The notes beneath the pieces were generated by a model that was given only the letters and a program-made list of their open reading frames with translations, ran no database searches and was not told the origin of the DNA. A stretch of DNA of 64,000 bases from an uncultured Gammaproteobacteria bacterium. Lineage in GTDB: Bacteria > Patescibacteriota > Microgenomatia > CAYXHB01 > CAZYTL01. Position numbers and translations under genes: made by a program. Of the stretch, positions 29,127 through 38,913 are shown in pieces; within the stretch, counting starts at the first letter, position 1; the number at the start of each line of letters is the position of its first letter. The stretch covers positions 6,964 to 70,963 of the forward strand of contig CAZYTL010000002.1 in assembly GCA_964650355.1 (NCBI GenBank), given 5' to 3'.

Positions 29127-30152
29127 ATGCAACTTCTCAGAGAGCATATCTCAGAGCTAACCGGCCAAAAGGTGTTAGTGCGGTGTAATTTTGACGTGCC
29201 GATTAAGGATAGCCAGGTGCAGGACGTTACCCGAATAGAGGATTGCGGAGAGACGTTAAGGAATTTGTTAGATCATGGCTGCAAGTTGATGTTACTGTCT
29301 CATCAGGATCGGCCGGGAGGTAAGCCCGATCCTGATCATAGTTTGCGACCGGTGATTGATGTTTTGGAACCGATGTTGGGAGAAACAGTGGCCTTTAGTA
29401 ATCAACTAGACCCGCAAGGCATTGATCAACTGCCGGCCAGAATTGTGTTGCTGGAGAATTTACGCTTTTGGCCGGGGGAAGAGGCAAATGATGACGACTT
29501 TGTGGAACTATTGTCTGAATTGGGTGAATTTTATGTGAATGAGGCGTTTGCCAATTGCCATCGCCAGCACGCCTCGATTGTGGGTATACCTAAGAAAGTA
29601 CAAGGCTTTGCGGGTTTTCATTTGGAAAGGGAGATTCGGGTGTTAGCAAAAGTGAAAGATCAACCTGACCGACCACTAGTATTGGTGATTGGCGGGGCTA
29701 AGTTGGAGTCAAAAGAACCCTTGGTAACCAAATTTAAGACCATTGCCGATAAAATCCTGGTGGGGGGCAAAATTGCCCTTGATTTAAAGGATAAGCCTGA
29801 CTTGGGCGACAATGTCATGTTGGCAGAAGTTGATCAGAGCGGCAAAGATATCACTGAAGCCTCTGCTCAAAGGTTTGCTCAGGAGATTATGAAAGCTAAG
29901 ACTCTGGTTTGGAATGGCCCGATGGGGATGTTTGAAGATTCTAAACATGCGTTAGGTACCCAAATTGTGGGAGAAGCGATTGAAAAAACTCCGGCGTTTA
30001 CGGTGATCGGTGGAGGTGACACTGAAGCAGCTATGACTCAATTTGATTTGGAGCACGGGATAGACCATATCAGCACCGGAGGTGGGGCGATGCTGGAGTT
30101 TTTGGTGAAGGGCACCTTGCCGGGGATTGAGGTACTGGGGTATGAGAAGTGA
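29127..30152 (+). CDS. pgk: Phosphoglycerate kinase (compact, 341 aa)
   Basis: VRCNFDVP, LLENLRF, AFANCHR, GGAK, WNGPMGMFE, GGGDT, HISTGGGAMLEF. Confidence 0.97.
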   Translation: MQLLREHISELTGQKVLVRCNFDVPIKDSQVQDVTRIEDCGETLRNLLDHGCKLMLLSHQDRPGGKPDPDHSLRPVIDVLEPMLGETVAFSNQLDPQGIDQLPARIVLLENLRFWPGEEANDDDFVELLSELGEFYVNEAFANCHRQHASIVGIPKKVQGFAGFHLEREIRVLAKVKDQPDRPLVLVIGGAKLESKEPLVTKFKTIADKILVGGKIALDLKDKPDLGDNVMLAEVDQSGKDITEASAQRFAQEIMKAKTLVWNGPMGMFEDSKHALGTQIVGEAIEKTPAFTVIGGGDTEAAMTQFDLEHGIDHISTGGGAMLEFLVKGTLPGIEVLGYEK

Positions 30153-30191
30153 CAATTATTACCTGATATCCGAGTTAATCTTCTGGTTTGT

Positions 30192-30578
30192 TTACTGCTT
30201 TTCGTGAAGTTTGTTTAAGATTTGGCCGAAAATTATTCCCAATATAAAAAGTATCACTGCAGAAATGATTATCGGCGGGAGGAAAAATGTGGTGAAGCCG
30301 AAGTCAGTTAAAAGATTGAGGTTGAGTATCTGGAGGTTCAAGTATTGGTTGAGTATTTTAATGATCACTAATCCTGGAGCTAATGAGTTGACTAAAAGCA
30401 CGAAAGCTATTTCACCAAGAACATTTCTTTTTGATGAATAAAAGGAGGTAGTGCTTAATTCGTAGGAAAATAAGAGGAACAAAAATAATTCGAGTAAAGT
30501 ATATCCGACACTAAGATACAAACCTAATTTATACCAAGGATCTTGGGCTTTTGATTTAAGAGAGAAAAAGGACTTCAT
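30192..30578 (-). CDS. Hypothetical membrane protein (about 3 TM)
   Basis: 128-aa hydrophobic ORF. Confidence 0.55.
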   Translation of the reverse strand: MKSFFSLKSKAQDPWYKLGLYLSVGYTLLELFLFLLFSYELSTTSFYSSKRNVLGEIAFVLLVNSLAPGLVIIKILNQYLNLQILNLNLLTDFGFTTFFLPPIIISAVILFILGIIFGQILNKLHEKQ

Positions 30579-30655
30579 ACCATAGATGAGGATGAGCGTA
30601 AAGGGTTGGGTGGATCAGAATTCTGCATAACCCCTCTAGGGTGGTGCCGACCGAA

Positions 30656-31141
30656 CTAAAGACTGCCGGTTAAGTTGTAAATAGGAAAAATAGTAGACAA
30701 GATTATTAATGGAGTGGCGCTATAAAATGATAAAAAATTAAGAGTTAAGAAGCCTACACTAATAATAAGTAGTGGTTTGGTTAATGGTGAGGGTGACTTT
30801 AGTCGCCGGAATAAATAGATCCCGAATATAGCTTGACATAAGGCATAAATAATTCCCCCATAACCGAGATACAGGCTTGATTGGGGTTGAGTCACGTGGA
30901 GGTTTTCATAAAGGGCTAATAATTTAGGCATGACTATGAGTGTTTGGACTCCTAATAGGCTAAACATCAGAGCGGCTGTAATGATCAATACGATGGGAAA
31001 CCAGGTATGGTAGCGGTGGTCTTTCCACATAAAATACCAAGCTACCGGAGCAAAGAAGATGAGTAAGATGATGATTATCCAAGCGGGAACTGAAGGATTT
31101 TCAGGAGTTAAAGTTTCAGAAGTTGGCGAATTGTTATCCAC
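30656..31141 (-). CDS. Membrane protein with PilC/GspF-like transmembrane segments
   Basis: IVMPKLLALYENLHVTQP and C-terminal IFPIYNLTGSL parallel PilC FVLPKIAPIFLQMDVSLP and IAPIYSLVGGI; GTG start assumed. Confidence 0.6.
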   Translation of the reverse strand: MDNNSPTSETLTPENPSVPAWIIIILLIFFAPVAWYFMWKDHRYHTWFPIVLIITAALMFSLLGVQTLIVMPKLLALYENLHVTQPQSSLYLGYGGIIYALCQAIFGIYLFRRLKSPSPLTKPLLIISVGFLTLNFLSFYSATPLIILSTIFPIYNLTGSL

Positions 31142-31168
31142 GATTAGGACTATTATACACAATTCACG

Positions 31169-33019
31169 TTACTGGTAACCTTTGGCCTGAAGGGAAAACA
31201 ACCGCGCGTATTTACTATTTTGTTTCATTAGTTCTTCATGACTCCCCTGCTCGATGATGCGGCCCTGATCTACAACCAGGATTTTGTCTGCCCTGCGCAC
31301 GGTAGAAAATCTTTGGGAGACGAAGATGAGGATTTTGCCTTGGGCTTTTTTAAGTAGCTCGTTAAAGATGTTTTCTTCGGCTTCCGGATCCACGCTGCTA
31401 GTGGGCTCGTCCATGATGAGCACGTCGGCATTTTTTCTGAATAGCATTCTGGCGATACCGATTCTCTGCCATTGGCCGATGGAAAGGTCTACCCCTTGGT
31501 CAAACTCGGGAGTGAGAGGATTTTCCCATTTCAAGGGTAAGGATTCGATATAGTTGTCAATGCCGGTTTTGTGGGCTGCCTGTTTAACTTCTGACAGCTT
31601 TTCCAGTCTGGTGATATCTCCGTAACCAATGGATTCTTTGCCTGTGAAGGGATAGGTTTCAAATCTTTGAAACAGAATGCCCAATTTGTTTCGCCACGAT
31701 TGGAGATCAATTTCTGTCAGTTGGTGGTCACCAATCAGAACTTGGCCTTTTTGAGGATCGTAAAATCTGGCGATGAGTTTGACTAAAGTTGATTTGCCGG
31801 CGCCGTTTTCACCGACGATGGCAATCCGGTCACCAGGATTGATTTGTAAATTAATGTTTTTCAGGATCCAGGGTTGTTCATGGCGATATTTAAACCAGAT
31901 ATCCTCAAATTTAATGGCATATTTTTGCTGATTGTTAAGCTTAATGCTGCCATCTTGATCCCTGATGGCAGGCTGAAGATTTAAGAACCATACCAGATCG
32001 GTGACGAACATATAATTTTCGTAGATCTCTAATAAAGCTGACACCAAACCGCTGAGATTGCTTTGAGCTGATCTCAGAGCTCTCAAGTACATCTCAAAGG
32101 AACCCACGGTGATTTTTTCAGTGATCACTAACATGATCATCCAGACTGAAATTGACAGTTCAAAAATTGATAATGGCAAATAGGTAATGACGTGAGATGA
32201 TTCCCGTTGTTTGTCTAGTTGATATTGTTGGTTAAGAACGTCAGCCTTGACGCTGCGCATTCGGTCGATCAGATAATCTGATAAATTAAGAATTTTGAGT
32301 TCCATGTAGTTTTTGTTGTAGGTTAAGTAGCTGTTCAACCAGCCCCACAAGCGGTTGAGCGGAGCCAACTTAGTTTGCAAATGGTATTCTTTTTTAATAA
32401 ATTGCTGATCGATTAAAAATTGGGGTAGGGCAACGATGATGATGCCCAGAGAAATTAAGGGCTGGAGAAGGATAAGTAAGCCGACCGCAGAGAAAAAGCC
32501 GACTAAATAATTAGGCAGGTTGGACACGGGATACATCAGGCCCCAGGCCCGTTGGCCTGATTCCCGTTCAACTTTGGTAAAGCGGTCTTTAAATTCGGGA
32601 TCTTCCAAGGTGGTGAGATCCAGTTGAGCCATTTTTTCTCCCATTAGGCAGTAAATTTCGGCGCTAAAGGTGCGGGAAAGATTAACCCTGAGAAAGCCAT
32701 TTATATTGCTTAATAAACTCCGAAAAAGTTCTATCAGCAATCTCAAGCCGATTAAAATGCCAATACTATAAATGACTGGTTTAAGGTGAGGATTGCCGAT
32801 ATTTTGGACTAAGCGATCAAGAATCAGTTTCTCAAGATAAAACCCAGGCAGGCTGGAAAATCCCCACAAAGCATTGAAAATGATGACCAAGATTACCAAC
32901 CGGAGGTTGATTTTGGCAGCTAGGCGGAAGACTTGTTGAAACACAAACAGCACCTGCTGCAGACGATCAAGAGCTAATTTAGGTCGGGAAGGGGTAGTTG
33001 AAGTTGAAGACTCAGCCAT
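31169..33019 (-). CDS. ABC exporter, fused permease/ATPase (H-loop His replaced by Gln)
   Basis: TMD plus GENGAGKST, LSIGQWQR, IMDEPT, VSQRFST. Confidence 0.93.
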   Translation of the reverse strand: MAESSTSTTPSRPKLALDRLQQVLFVFQQVFRLAAKINLRLVILVIIFNALWGFSSLPGFYLEKLILDRLVQNIGNPHLKPVIYSIGILIGLRLLIELFRSLLSNINGFLRVNLSRTFSAEIYCLMGEKMAQLDLTTLEDPEFKDRFTKVERESGQRAWGLMYPVSNLPNYLVGFFSAVGLLILLQPLISLGIIIVALPQFLIDQQFIKKEYHLQTKLAPLNRLWGWLNSYLTYNKNYMELKILNLSDYLIDRMRSVKADVLNQQYQLDKQRESSHVITYLPLSIFELSISVWMIMLVITEKITVGSFEMYLRALRSAQSNLSGLVSALLEIYENYMFVTDLVWFLNLQPAIRDQDGSIKLNNQQKYAIKFEDIWFKYRHEQPWILKNINLQINPGDRIAIVGENGAGKSTLVKLIARFYDPQKGQVLIGDHQLTEIDLQSWRNKLGILFQRFETYPFTGKESIGYGDITRLEKLSEVKQAAHKTGIDNYIESLPLKWENPLTPEFDQGVDLSIGQWQRIGIARMLFRKNADVLIMDEPTSSVDPEAEENIFNELLKKAQGKILIFVSQRFSTVRRADKILVVDQGRIIEQGSHEELMKQNSKYARLFSLQAKGYQ

Positions 33020-33124
33020 GGATACATTGTATTACAAAATACGGTCCTTATGTTGGACTTTTCTTTATCATCAAGACGTAGTTCTAAAACTGAAAAGTAT
33101 TAATTAGCAGCTGGAAAATATATA

Positions 33125-33733
33125 ATGAAATTAATGAATAATGTAAGTAGCAGTTTTTTGCATGAAATTTTATTTCAGTTTGGGTTAGGTCACTTTCTTA
33201 AATATGGCTTTGAACCACAATTGACTTACTATTTATATGACCAAGGATTTTTCCCATTCTTATCTGGTCCCCCCAGCCCTCAGATTAGTTCTGAATTGTT
33301 GGTAAGTTTACAATGGTTGACTGATTATCAGTGGAGAGTATTTACCGGTTCGATATTATTGGGATTGCTGATCCTGGGATATTTGTTGATTAGAAAAATC
33401 AATCCTATTCCTAATGCCCGTCTATGTTTACTGTTCATCGGGCAATTTATTTTGATCATCTTATTTTATTGGCTATTATTTAAAGGTTTAGGTAATATAC
33501 CTGATCGATTTGTTGCTATGCATTGCCCGGATAATAAATGTCCTCCGGGAGCGTTATGTGATTGTCCCCACTATATTCCAATTTCCCCAAACGACCAGAT
33601 TCAAATCCTATACCAATGGTATCTTCTCCCTTTGTATGGATTGTTTTTTCTGTCATTTGTTGCCCAATATTTTATTCTAGTGGCTTGGCCCAAAATAAAG
33701 GGTAAAAGGGAGAATGTTCGCAAGATGGGTTAA
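33125..33733 (+). CDS. Hypothetical membrane protein with Cys-rich loop
   Basis: About 3 TM; HCPDNKCPPGALCDCPH. Confidence 0.65.
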   Translation: MKLMNNVSSSFLHEILFQFGLGHFLKYGFEPQLTYYLYDQGFFPFLSGPPSPQISSELLVSLQWLTDYQWRVFTGSILLGLLILGYLLIRKINPIPNARLCLLFIGQFILIILFYWLLFKGLGNIPDRFVAMHCPDNKCPPGALCDCPHYIPISPNDQIQILYQWYLLPLYGLFFLSFVAQYFILVAWPKIKGKRENVRKMG

Positions 33734-33745
33734 AGTAGCGATAGA

Positions 33746-34225
33746 TCACTCCAATAATGTAAATGTCTGCTTTTGGTCAGGATTGGCGAAAGTCTGTTGG
33801 ACTATGTTACGCATTTCGATATGCATTAGATCTTGATCAGGAATTCGATTAACTTCATCCTGAGTAAGCCATTTAGCTTGGATCAAATCGCGTGAATCAG
33901 GATTTAATTTCCCTCCAACGAGTTGGGCTTTAAACATCACAATTATTACATTGCGATCCGGCATCGTTAGGCTTTGGTAAATTCCTAAAAAACTAGCGAG
34001 TTTAATATGATAACCTGTTTCTTCATAAACCTCTCTAATAGCTGCATCTGCGAGGCTTTCATCAGGTTTCATTTCACCTAAGGGAAAATTCCATTTGCCG
34101 CGAAAAGGGTCATCTGCTTCCTGAACAAGTAGTGCTTTTTCATCCTTAATTACCAGAGCACCTGCGTTGAGATAAACTTTCCTGATGATTGGTCGATTGT
34201 AATTAATATGTTTCTGCCTATCCAT
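33746..34225 (-). CDS. NUDIX hydrolase
   Basis: GEMKPDESLADAAIREVYEETG Nudix box. Confidence 0.93.
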   Translation of the reverse strand: MDRQKHINYNRPIIRKVYLNAGALVIKDEKALLVQEADDPFRGKWNFPLGEMKPDESLADAAIREVYEETGYHIKLASFLGIYQSLTMPDRNVIIVMFKAQLVGGKLNPDSRDLIQAKWLTQDEVNRIPDQDLMHIEMRNIVQQTFANPDQKQTFTLLE

Positions 34226-34229
34226 ATAA

Positions 34230-35012
34230 CTAAACTACTTTCCATGCGGGATGAGAATCAACAAAGATCACTTCTACTCCTCGCTTCTGAAGGTTTTTCT
34301 TTAAAATTCTGGCCAAATTTTTAGCTCCGGGCAATTCAGTGCGATACCCTCCTACGTCGATTAATGAGAGATCCAGCTCATTGGCATATCTAGCAGATGA
34401 ATCACGAATATCTCCCGATATGTAAACGTCAGCGCCTTTTTGTTTAGCTAATTCAAAATGGCTGAGGACTTCATTACCTGATCCAGCGACTGTGGCGACT
34501 GTTTGAATTGATTTATTCAGATCTCCGACAACAATGGAGTAGGGTGAGCTGAGTTTGTGTTTGGCAATTTCTGCCAATTTTTTAAGAGATGTTTTTTCGA
34601 TGGTGCCGATTCTGCCAAAGGGAATTTTGGCTGTAATTTTAATCCCTAAAGTCGCGGCTAATACGTCGTTAGTTCCTCCGGGAGCGTCGTCCCAATTAGA
34701 ATGGACCCGATAAACAACTACGCCTGTCTGGTTAAGCAGTTGTTTACGCTGTTTATTGGGAGTTAATATTAGTCGTGATTCGGCTACTAAGAATGGTTTG
34801 ACTTTTTGAATCAGGGGTTCGTGGATGACTAACATGTCAATGTGGTCATCTGTGACTTGTTCTAAAACTTCTACTGTTGGTCGCCAAACCACGCCCAGTT
34901 TGTCGATTTCTTTTTCTGGATCTCCCCAAATAAAACCGTGTTCTTCTCCTTCATAAGCGTATTTTAAGGGGGCAATTTGTTTAAGGATGCGATCAATTTC
35001 TTGTGCTCTCAT
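34230..35012 (-). CDS. Nif3-like dinuclear metal protein (YbgI/DUF34)
   Basis: VIHEP, VYRVHSNWD, GTNDVLA, AGSG, YISGD, TE; some His ligands diverged. Confidence 0.88.
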   Translation of the reverse strand: MRAQEIDRILKQIAPLKYAYEGEEHGFIWGDPEKEIDKLGVVWRPTVEVLEQVTDDHIDMLVIHEPLIQKVKPFLVAESRLILTPNKQRKQLLNQTGVVVYRVHSNWDDAPGGTNDVLAATLGIKITAKIPFGRIGTIEKTSLKKLAEIAKHKLSSPYSIVVGDLNKSIQTVATVAGSGNEVLSHFELAKQKGADVYISGDIRDSSARYANELDLSLIDVGGYRTELPGAKNLARILKKNLQKRGVEVIFVDSHPAWKVV

Positions 35013-35031
35013 TAATTCTTAAATGAAGGTG

Positions 35032-35667
35032 TTATTGGACATTACCATATTTTTGCTCGATTTTCCTAAATCTTCTAATCACTTCGTTGAATATTTGCAA
35101 CAGAACTTTGTCCCAGTCAAAAAATTTTTTCCTTTTTTCAATTACATCGACACTATAATTGAAGTGCTTGAATCTTTGGATGGTTACTTTAGGAAGTGTT
35201 AATTCATGTAATGGTGGGGCGATAGCATCGACTGATTTGGCAAATTTGGCATCAAGGGAATTCCTTTGTTCAAATTCTTGAAAATATGAGAGTAGATTTG
35301 CTGGTAGAAGTTGATTTGCAGCTTGGTTTTCTAGCTTTTTGTTCTGCTCTGACTTGGTAAAATGTAGATCACCAGCTTTGGTTTCTCCTATATCATGCAC
35401 AGCTAGCATAATTAGAGACCTACCTAAGTTGATTTGGGAAGAGTGTTGGATATGAGGATATAAATAGGCTGCAATGATGGGAAGATGACCGACGTGTTCG
35501 ATCAATGGTTCTCTAATTGCCTCTGTGTCGTAAGTGTATGTTGTTAAGATTCCAGATTCCACGAGATTTCGGTATCTTTCTGCTGTTGTCATCGTACGAT
35601 AGGTACTCGCGTATTGGTCTTGAAGCTGTAACAGGTCGCTGACTATTTGAGCGGTATTGGTCATCAA
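35032..35667 (-). CDS. HD-domain phosphohydrolase
   Basis: EPLIEHVGH, MLAVHDIGE..GD, AKFAKSVD. Confidence 0.88.
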   Translation of the reverse strand: MMTNTAQIVSDLLQLQDQYASTYRTMTTAERYRNLVESGILTTYTYDTEAIREPLIEHVGHLPIIAAYLYPHIQHSSQINLGRSLIMLAVHDIGETKAGDLHFTKSEQNKKLENQAANQLLPANLLSYFQEFEQRNSLDAKFAKSVDAIAPPLHELTLPKVTIQRFKHFNYSVDVIEKRKKFFDWDKVLLQIFNEVIRRFRKIEQKYGNVQ

Positions 35668-35703
35668 GTAATGATTATACCATTGTACGCATCATAAGAG
35701 GTC

Positions 35704-36393
35704 CTAAATGTTGTCCAGTTGGATATATTCTTCGAAGTAGGGGGTGTATTTTTCTGTGATCACAATTTTTAACGCGGAGATGAAACCCGGGAAGATCTTT
35801 AATTTGTAGATTTGGTCTTCGGTGAGCCAATAGTTCCTGCCTTCGATGGTGTTCACAAGTTTTCCATGAGGTTGTTTAATTAAATAAACTAAAAAGAAAT
35901 TGTCCAGTTTGATTTGTCGTTCGTTCGGACCGCGTCTTTTATGGTAAACACAAAGGATTTGAGGATCGCCGGTTAATCCTGTTTCTTCCTTTAATTCTCT
36001 TTGGGCGCAGGCTTTAGACGACTCCCCGAAGCGGACTTTTCCGTTGATAAAACCGTAATAGCCGTAAAATGGTTCTTTTAATCTCTGTTGGATAAGAATT
36101 TTAGTCTGCCCTCTGATAACTTTTTTGGCTGTCACAGCCACGCTGACTGTTCCTTGCTTTTCGATTACTAACCGATCAATGTCTAATTTGCTGACAAAGG
36201 TTTTGCCTGTCTGGGTGAGATAATATTTATGGTCTTTTTTGGTAATTATGCCTTGTTTAAGTAATTGTCGAAGATGATAGGAAAAGTGATCATTGGGGAT
36301 ATCGACTTGGTTTAAGGCAGAGAAGCTGGAACCATTTCTGAAAAGGAGCTCACGGCAAATGCTGGCTTGAATTTCATGAAGGTCATCGGTCAT
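35704..36393 (-). CDS. Winged-HTH plus NUDIX fusion protein
   Basis: FSYHLRQLLKQGII..YYLT..G, then GKVRFGE..AQRELKEETG. Confidence 0.88.
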   Translation of the reverse strand: MTDDLHEIQASICRELLFRNGSSFSALNQVDIPNDHFSYHLRQLLKQGIITKKDHKYYLTQTGKTFVSKLDIDRLVIEKQGTVSVAVTAKKVIRGQTKILIQQRLKEPFYGYYGFINGKVRFGESSKACAQRELKEETGLTGDPQILCVYHKRRGPNERQIKLDNFFLVYLIKQPHGKLVNTIEGRNYWLTEDQIYKLKIFPGFISALKIVITEKYTPYFEEYIQLDNI

Positions 36394-36529
36394 TGAGTTG
36401 ATAATAAGAGGCTTTTTTCTCGGTGTCTAGTTAAGAACCCTTCATTTGGCTGAGGTCAAAATTTTAATACCATACCTCAAGATAAGCCCGCGATTCTATC
36501 GTGAATGTAAAAGGAGGAAAAATTTTAAC

Positions 36530-37450
36530 TTATAAAGGCTCTATCTTTAAATTTCGAATAATAGCCCCATGTTTCATATATGCTCTAAATCCAACTAATC
36601 CATACTTTAGCCTAAATGGGATACCTTGAACATGCCCTGCAAAGGACTTACCAGCGACCATGTTTCTATCTGTTTTGCCACTTTTTTCTTCATCCTGATT
36701 AACTCCTGATTCAATATGATTAACGTCGACATGTGTGGGGAGTACCCAATCAAAAACTGGTACTCCTTCATAAAATAAGTGGGCGGTATCTCCTTCTACT
36801 TCCAGTTTAATTTTAACGAAATCGGAAAAATTAAACGGGGCCTTAATTTCTTCAACACTCATCAATTCCCAACCACCACCGTATCTAATATGCGGTTTAA
36901 TACTTAAATCTAGAGAATCTTCAACATCTTTACCGATTTCTATCATAAAATAGTTATTTAAGTCTTCGGCTCTAAAAACTATCCCAATTCGCTTTTGGTA
37001 TCCCAATATCTTTTTATCCTTTTCATTTAAGAATCTCATCTCAAAGCTCATGCTTAAATTTTTCCAATAATAATCTTTTAAGAGATTACCTGCTCTGGAG
37101 GATTTCACAAATAAGTATCCTTCGATAGTCAATTCTGTTTTTCCATTAAAAATCCATTCCTTGGGCCAATTTTTGCTATTGAAAATGTACCTTTTATTCC
37201 TTTGAAAATAGCTCTTTATAGATTTAGGTAATTCCTTAGATAATACAAAGACCACAACTAAACATAAAAAGAATATAGCAACCCTAATAGCTTCTGGTGC
37301 GACTACAAAATAAGGAAACCTTATAGAAAAGTTTCTATTAAACAGCTCTCCTAAATATAGAAGAACTAAACTTCCAAGAAGCCAAATAATAACATCTACA
37401 ATTAACAGAAATTTATTCCTAAAGTTTAAATATCGATCTATTTTATCCAT
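36530..37450 (-). CDS. 2-TM protein with beta-sandwich (ConA/DUF1080-like) C-domain
   Basis: Two TM, then GIVFRAEDLNNY...KIKLEVEG...GLVGFRA...IIRNLKIEPL; visibly AT-rich DNA. Confidence 0.65.
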   Translation of the reverse strand: MDKIDRYLNFRNKFLLIVDVIIWLLGSLVLLYLGELFNRNFSIRFPYFVVAPEAIRVAIFFLCLVVVFVLSKELPKSIKSYFQRNKRYIFNSKNWPKEWIFNGKTELTIEGYLFVKSSRAGNLLKDYYWKNLSMSFEMRFLNEKDKKILGYQKRIGIVFRAEDLNNYFMIEIGKDVEDSLDLSIKPHIRYGGGWELMSVEEIKAPFNFSDFVKIKLEVEGDTAHLFYEGVPVFDWVLPTHVDVNHIESGVNQDEEKSGKTDRNMVAGKSFAGHVQGIPFRLKYGLVGFRAYMKHGAIIRNLKIEPL

Positions 37451-37478
37451 ATTCCTACATGAACAAAAAATGGTTATA

Positions 37479-38198
37479 TTAGACCTTCTTTAGCTTCATA
37501 ATAAGAAAAAGAGGGGTGATGTCCCCTGCTTTGTCTCCCATAATTTTTGCTCCGTTTGGTTCAACTACTTTTTCTAAACACAAGCCTGAGTCAGCAAATG
37601 AATTCAAATAGTCAGATAGCAGATAGTGGTAATGAAGGTGATCGTTTTCGGGATTAATCACTTGTCCGGTAACAAAATAGTTGGTGATGACTTTTCCTTT
37701 ACTTTCTCCTTTATCATTATACAAAGTGTAAACATGAGGAGGATTTTCAAAACAGGGATGAGTGATACTCACTACCAATGAACCTTGACTTTTCAGCACC
37801 CGTGAGAGTTCTTGGATGGCTGGAAATAAATCATCTATGTTTATCAAAGCCATGTTGCACAGAACCAAATCAAAGAATTTATCAGAGAATTCCAATTTTT
37901 TAATATCACCTACTCTAAACTCAAGTTTTTTAGTTTTCCCATATCTTGCTCGTGCTAAAGCTATGAACTTGGAATTAAAGTCAACACCAATAACTTTTTT
38001 GGCATTCAAAGCCATTTTTTGGGAAAGATAACCATTTCCACAGGCGGCATCCAATACCACTTTATTTTTAAGATCACCTAATAAATCACCCACTATTGGG
38101 TTAATAACCAGCCGATGATGTTTATCTCCCTGATCACCAACCAGTGAATCATAGTCTTCCGTAATTTCTTCCCAAAAAGTTTGATTATTCCTCCCCAT
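37479..38198 (-). CDS. Class I SAM-dependent methyltransferase
   Basis: VLDAACGNG, IGVD, FDLV, SITHPCF. Confidence 0.92.
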   Translation of the reverse strand: MGRNNQTFWEEITEDYDSLVGDQGDKHHRLVINPIVGDLLGDLKNKVVLDAACGNGYLSQKMALNAKKVIGVDFNSKFIALARARYGKTKKLEFRVGDIKKLEFSDKFFDLVLCNMALINIDDLFPAIQELSRVLKSQGSLVVSITHPCFENPPHVYTLYNDKGESKGKVITNYFVTGQVINPENDHLHYHYLLSDYLNSFADSGLCLEKVVEPNGAKIMGDKAGDITPLFLIMKLKKV

Positions 38199-38302
38199 AC
38201 TGAGAGTATAACAAATATTTTCAGATGGACACTGAGTCTGAACTCATAACAGATCAATAGTGTTATGGGTGATTAATTATCAACAAGTGATAGAATATAG
38301 GC

Positions 38303-38890
38303 ATGGCAGTGCGGGATGTTTTGCAAATTGGTAATCCAAAATTAAAGGCGAAGAACAAGGCTTTCAAGAGTTTTAATAGTCCTAAATTGAAACAGGTAAT
38401 AAAAGACTTGGTAGACACCATGAAGAAAAATGAATTGGTGGGAATTGCAGGACCACAGATTGGAGTTAATTACAAGATACTTGTAACTCAACCGAGAAAA
38501 ACCAAGTATCGGCCAGCTAGCCAAGCAGATGTGCTCCGGGTTTATATTAATCCCAAAATCATTAAGTATTCAAAAAAGAAAAATACCATTTACGAAGGAT
38601 GCGGAAGCGTGGTGGAAGGAAATTTATTTGGTCCGGTAGTCCGACCCCAAGAAATTGTGATTGAGGCTTATGATAAGCATGGGAAGAAATTTCAGCTTGA
38701 TTGCGATGGATTGTTGGCCAGAGTAATTCAGCATGAGTATGATCATTTGTTTGGAATTGAGTTTACGGAAATCATTTCTGACTATTCCAAATTAGTAAAC
38801 CTGGAATTTTACCTTAAAACTATCAAAAAATCTGCTCAACAATTTCAGGCTTCAATGATCACTAAGAAGGAGTATAAGAAGCTTGGATAG
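38303..38890 (+). CDS. def: Peptide deformylase
   Basis: GIAGPQIG, EGCGS, QHEYDHLFG. Confidence 0.95.
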   Translation: MAVRDVLQIGNPKLKAKNKAFKSFNSPKLKQVIKDLVDTMKKNELVGIAGPQIGVNYKILVTQPRKTKYRPASQADVLRVYINPKIIKYSKKKNTIYEGCGSVVEGNLFGPVVRPQEIVIEAYDKHGKKFQLDCDGLLARVIQHEYDHLFGIEFTEIISDYSKLVNLEFYLKTIKKSAQQFQASMITKKEYKKLG

Positions 38891-38913
38891 AGTCGTTAGA
38901 ACACTAGAGTATT

